DNA of 64,000 nucleotides from Frischella perrara (GTDB lineage Bacteria; Pseudomonadota; Gammaproteobacteria; Enterobacterales; Orbaceae): NCBI RefSeq assembly GCF_000807275.1, contig NZ_CP009056.1, positions 991,192 to 1,055,191 of the forward strand, read 5' to 3'. Shown piece by piece: positions 62,950 to 64,000 of this stretch (position 1 is its first letter; each line of letters starts with the position of its first letter). The notes under the pieces were generated by a model. It saw only the letters and a program-made list of their open reading frames with translations, ran no database searches and was not told where the DNA came from. The position numbers and the translations under genes were made by a program.

Positions 62950-62990
62950 AAAAACGATATAACATAAAATTCTAGCTATATCGTTTTTTA
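62950..62990 (+). terminator. Rho-independent terminator after the T1SS operon
   Basis: aaaacgatata-N14-tatatcgttttttatt. Confidence 0.65.
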
Positions 62991-63216
62991 TTATTGATAA
63001 TTTTTAAAATGCACCGAAAAATTATTGATTTTTAGCTTTAAAACGATTATTAATTTAGATAAATATTTGGGATTTATCGCAAATGAATAATGTAAAAATA
63101 ACAGTAGCAAAATTTTTAAAATAATTATTATTCAATATATTACTACTAAAAAACACACGAAAATGGTAATATGGTATGGGAAATTCAAATATAATAAATT
63201 CGAGATAAGGAAATGA

Positions 63217-64000
63217 AATGGATAGAATGGCACAAGCTTTTGCAAGCTATTGGCGTAATTCTTTAGCTGATTCTAATTTCTCAATAGGAGGAATGAGCGA
63301 AAAAGATACTAAGGCTTTTACTATCTGTGGTGACCAGTTTATGCAATCTGGACATATCGATAAGACAAAGACCGATAAGCTATTTAAGGATGAACCGGTT
63401 GATTGTAATACAATAGAGATTATTATTAGACCAATTGTTTATCGAAAGCAAGTTAACCATACCATTTCCCATTCGCAAGATACTCCTGATTATGTTATTC
63501 CACTCGTAACAGATGCTTTACTTACTAGAAATGGAAGATGTTATCCAAAACAAAATGGGACACATATTTCACGCGATATACTTGAGCCCTTAGTTAAAGG
63601 TTCTTTTTCAATTGGTCTAGTTAATGAGCTAGATGACTATCTAACGATTAACACTTTATCAGGTATCAATTATACAAATAATAAAGAAGATAACGAATTA
63701 AGTGATAATGAGTATAACGATTATTGGTGTAAATATAGAGAAGATATTGAGTCACTTTTGAATCATGTTGCTAAAGAATGGCTGAAAGATACGCAATCAT
63801 TCAAACGTATACATGATAGCTATATAATTAAAAAAAACGCGATCAAAGATATATTTAAAAACATATTACCTGTCTATGATAAATTACGGATCAGTTCTGA
63901 AAACATTCCCTTATTTGAAAATATTACTGCAAAATTACCAACGCCTAAAGAACCATGTTTATCTAGTAATAGTTTATTTTCAAAGCGACTTGCACATGCG
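63217..64000 (+). CDS. Hypothetical protein, 3'-truncated by the window end (at least 261 aa). Function unknown.
   Basis: Open frame from ATG 63217 to the window end (MDRMAQAFASYWRNSLADSNFSIGGMSEKDTKAFTICGDQF...). Not in the supplied ORF track, probably because no stop is reached. No recognisable motif. Confidence 0.45.

Overview
AT-rich (~33-35% GC) gammaproteobacterial chromosomal window. Gene order resembles Enterobacterales/Orbales-like synteny: yoaA-tsaB, grxA-ybjN-potFGHI, matP-topA-cysB, corA. I cannot name the organism from sequence alone.

Content from 5' to 3':
(1) An LPS/surface-glycan locus: a PseG-PseH fusion, pseI, two glycosyltransferases (GT32, GT8), waaP, waaG, waaY, a YrbL-family gene, a second WaaY-like kinase and a YejM/PbgA-like inner-membrane protein.
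(2) Housekeeping genes: yoaA, tsaB, grxA and a ybjN-like gene.
(3) The putrescine ABC transporter potFGHI, where PotH and PotI carry unusual N-terminal transmembrane extensions.
(4) An APC permease plus an amidohydrolase, then matP, topA, cysB and corA.
(5) A two-gene module: a zinc-ribbon membrane protein plus an SPFH (Band-7)/SHOCT protein.
(6) A Fur-box-bearing haem uptake and anaerobic haem degradation locus: two TonB-dependent receptors, hmuT, chuW/hutW, chuX, chuY, hmuU and hmuV.
(7) ogt.
(8) A malonate decarboxylase cluster mdcA-C-D-E-F-G-H with no mdcB.
(9) A giant (~7 kb) BapA/SiiE-like adhesin gene made of about 20 near-identical 246-bp tandem repeats, interrupted by a +1 frameshift, followed by its type I secretion genes (TolC-family, HlyB-like ABC transporter with a C39-like domain, HlyD-family fusion protein).
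(10) A truncated ORF of unknown function at the window edge.

No transposases, integrases, tRNAs or CRISPR arrays were seen. All product calls come from by-eye recognition of conserved motifs and remembered homologues. No database search was run.
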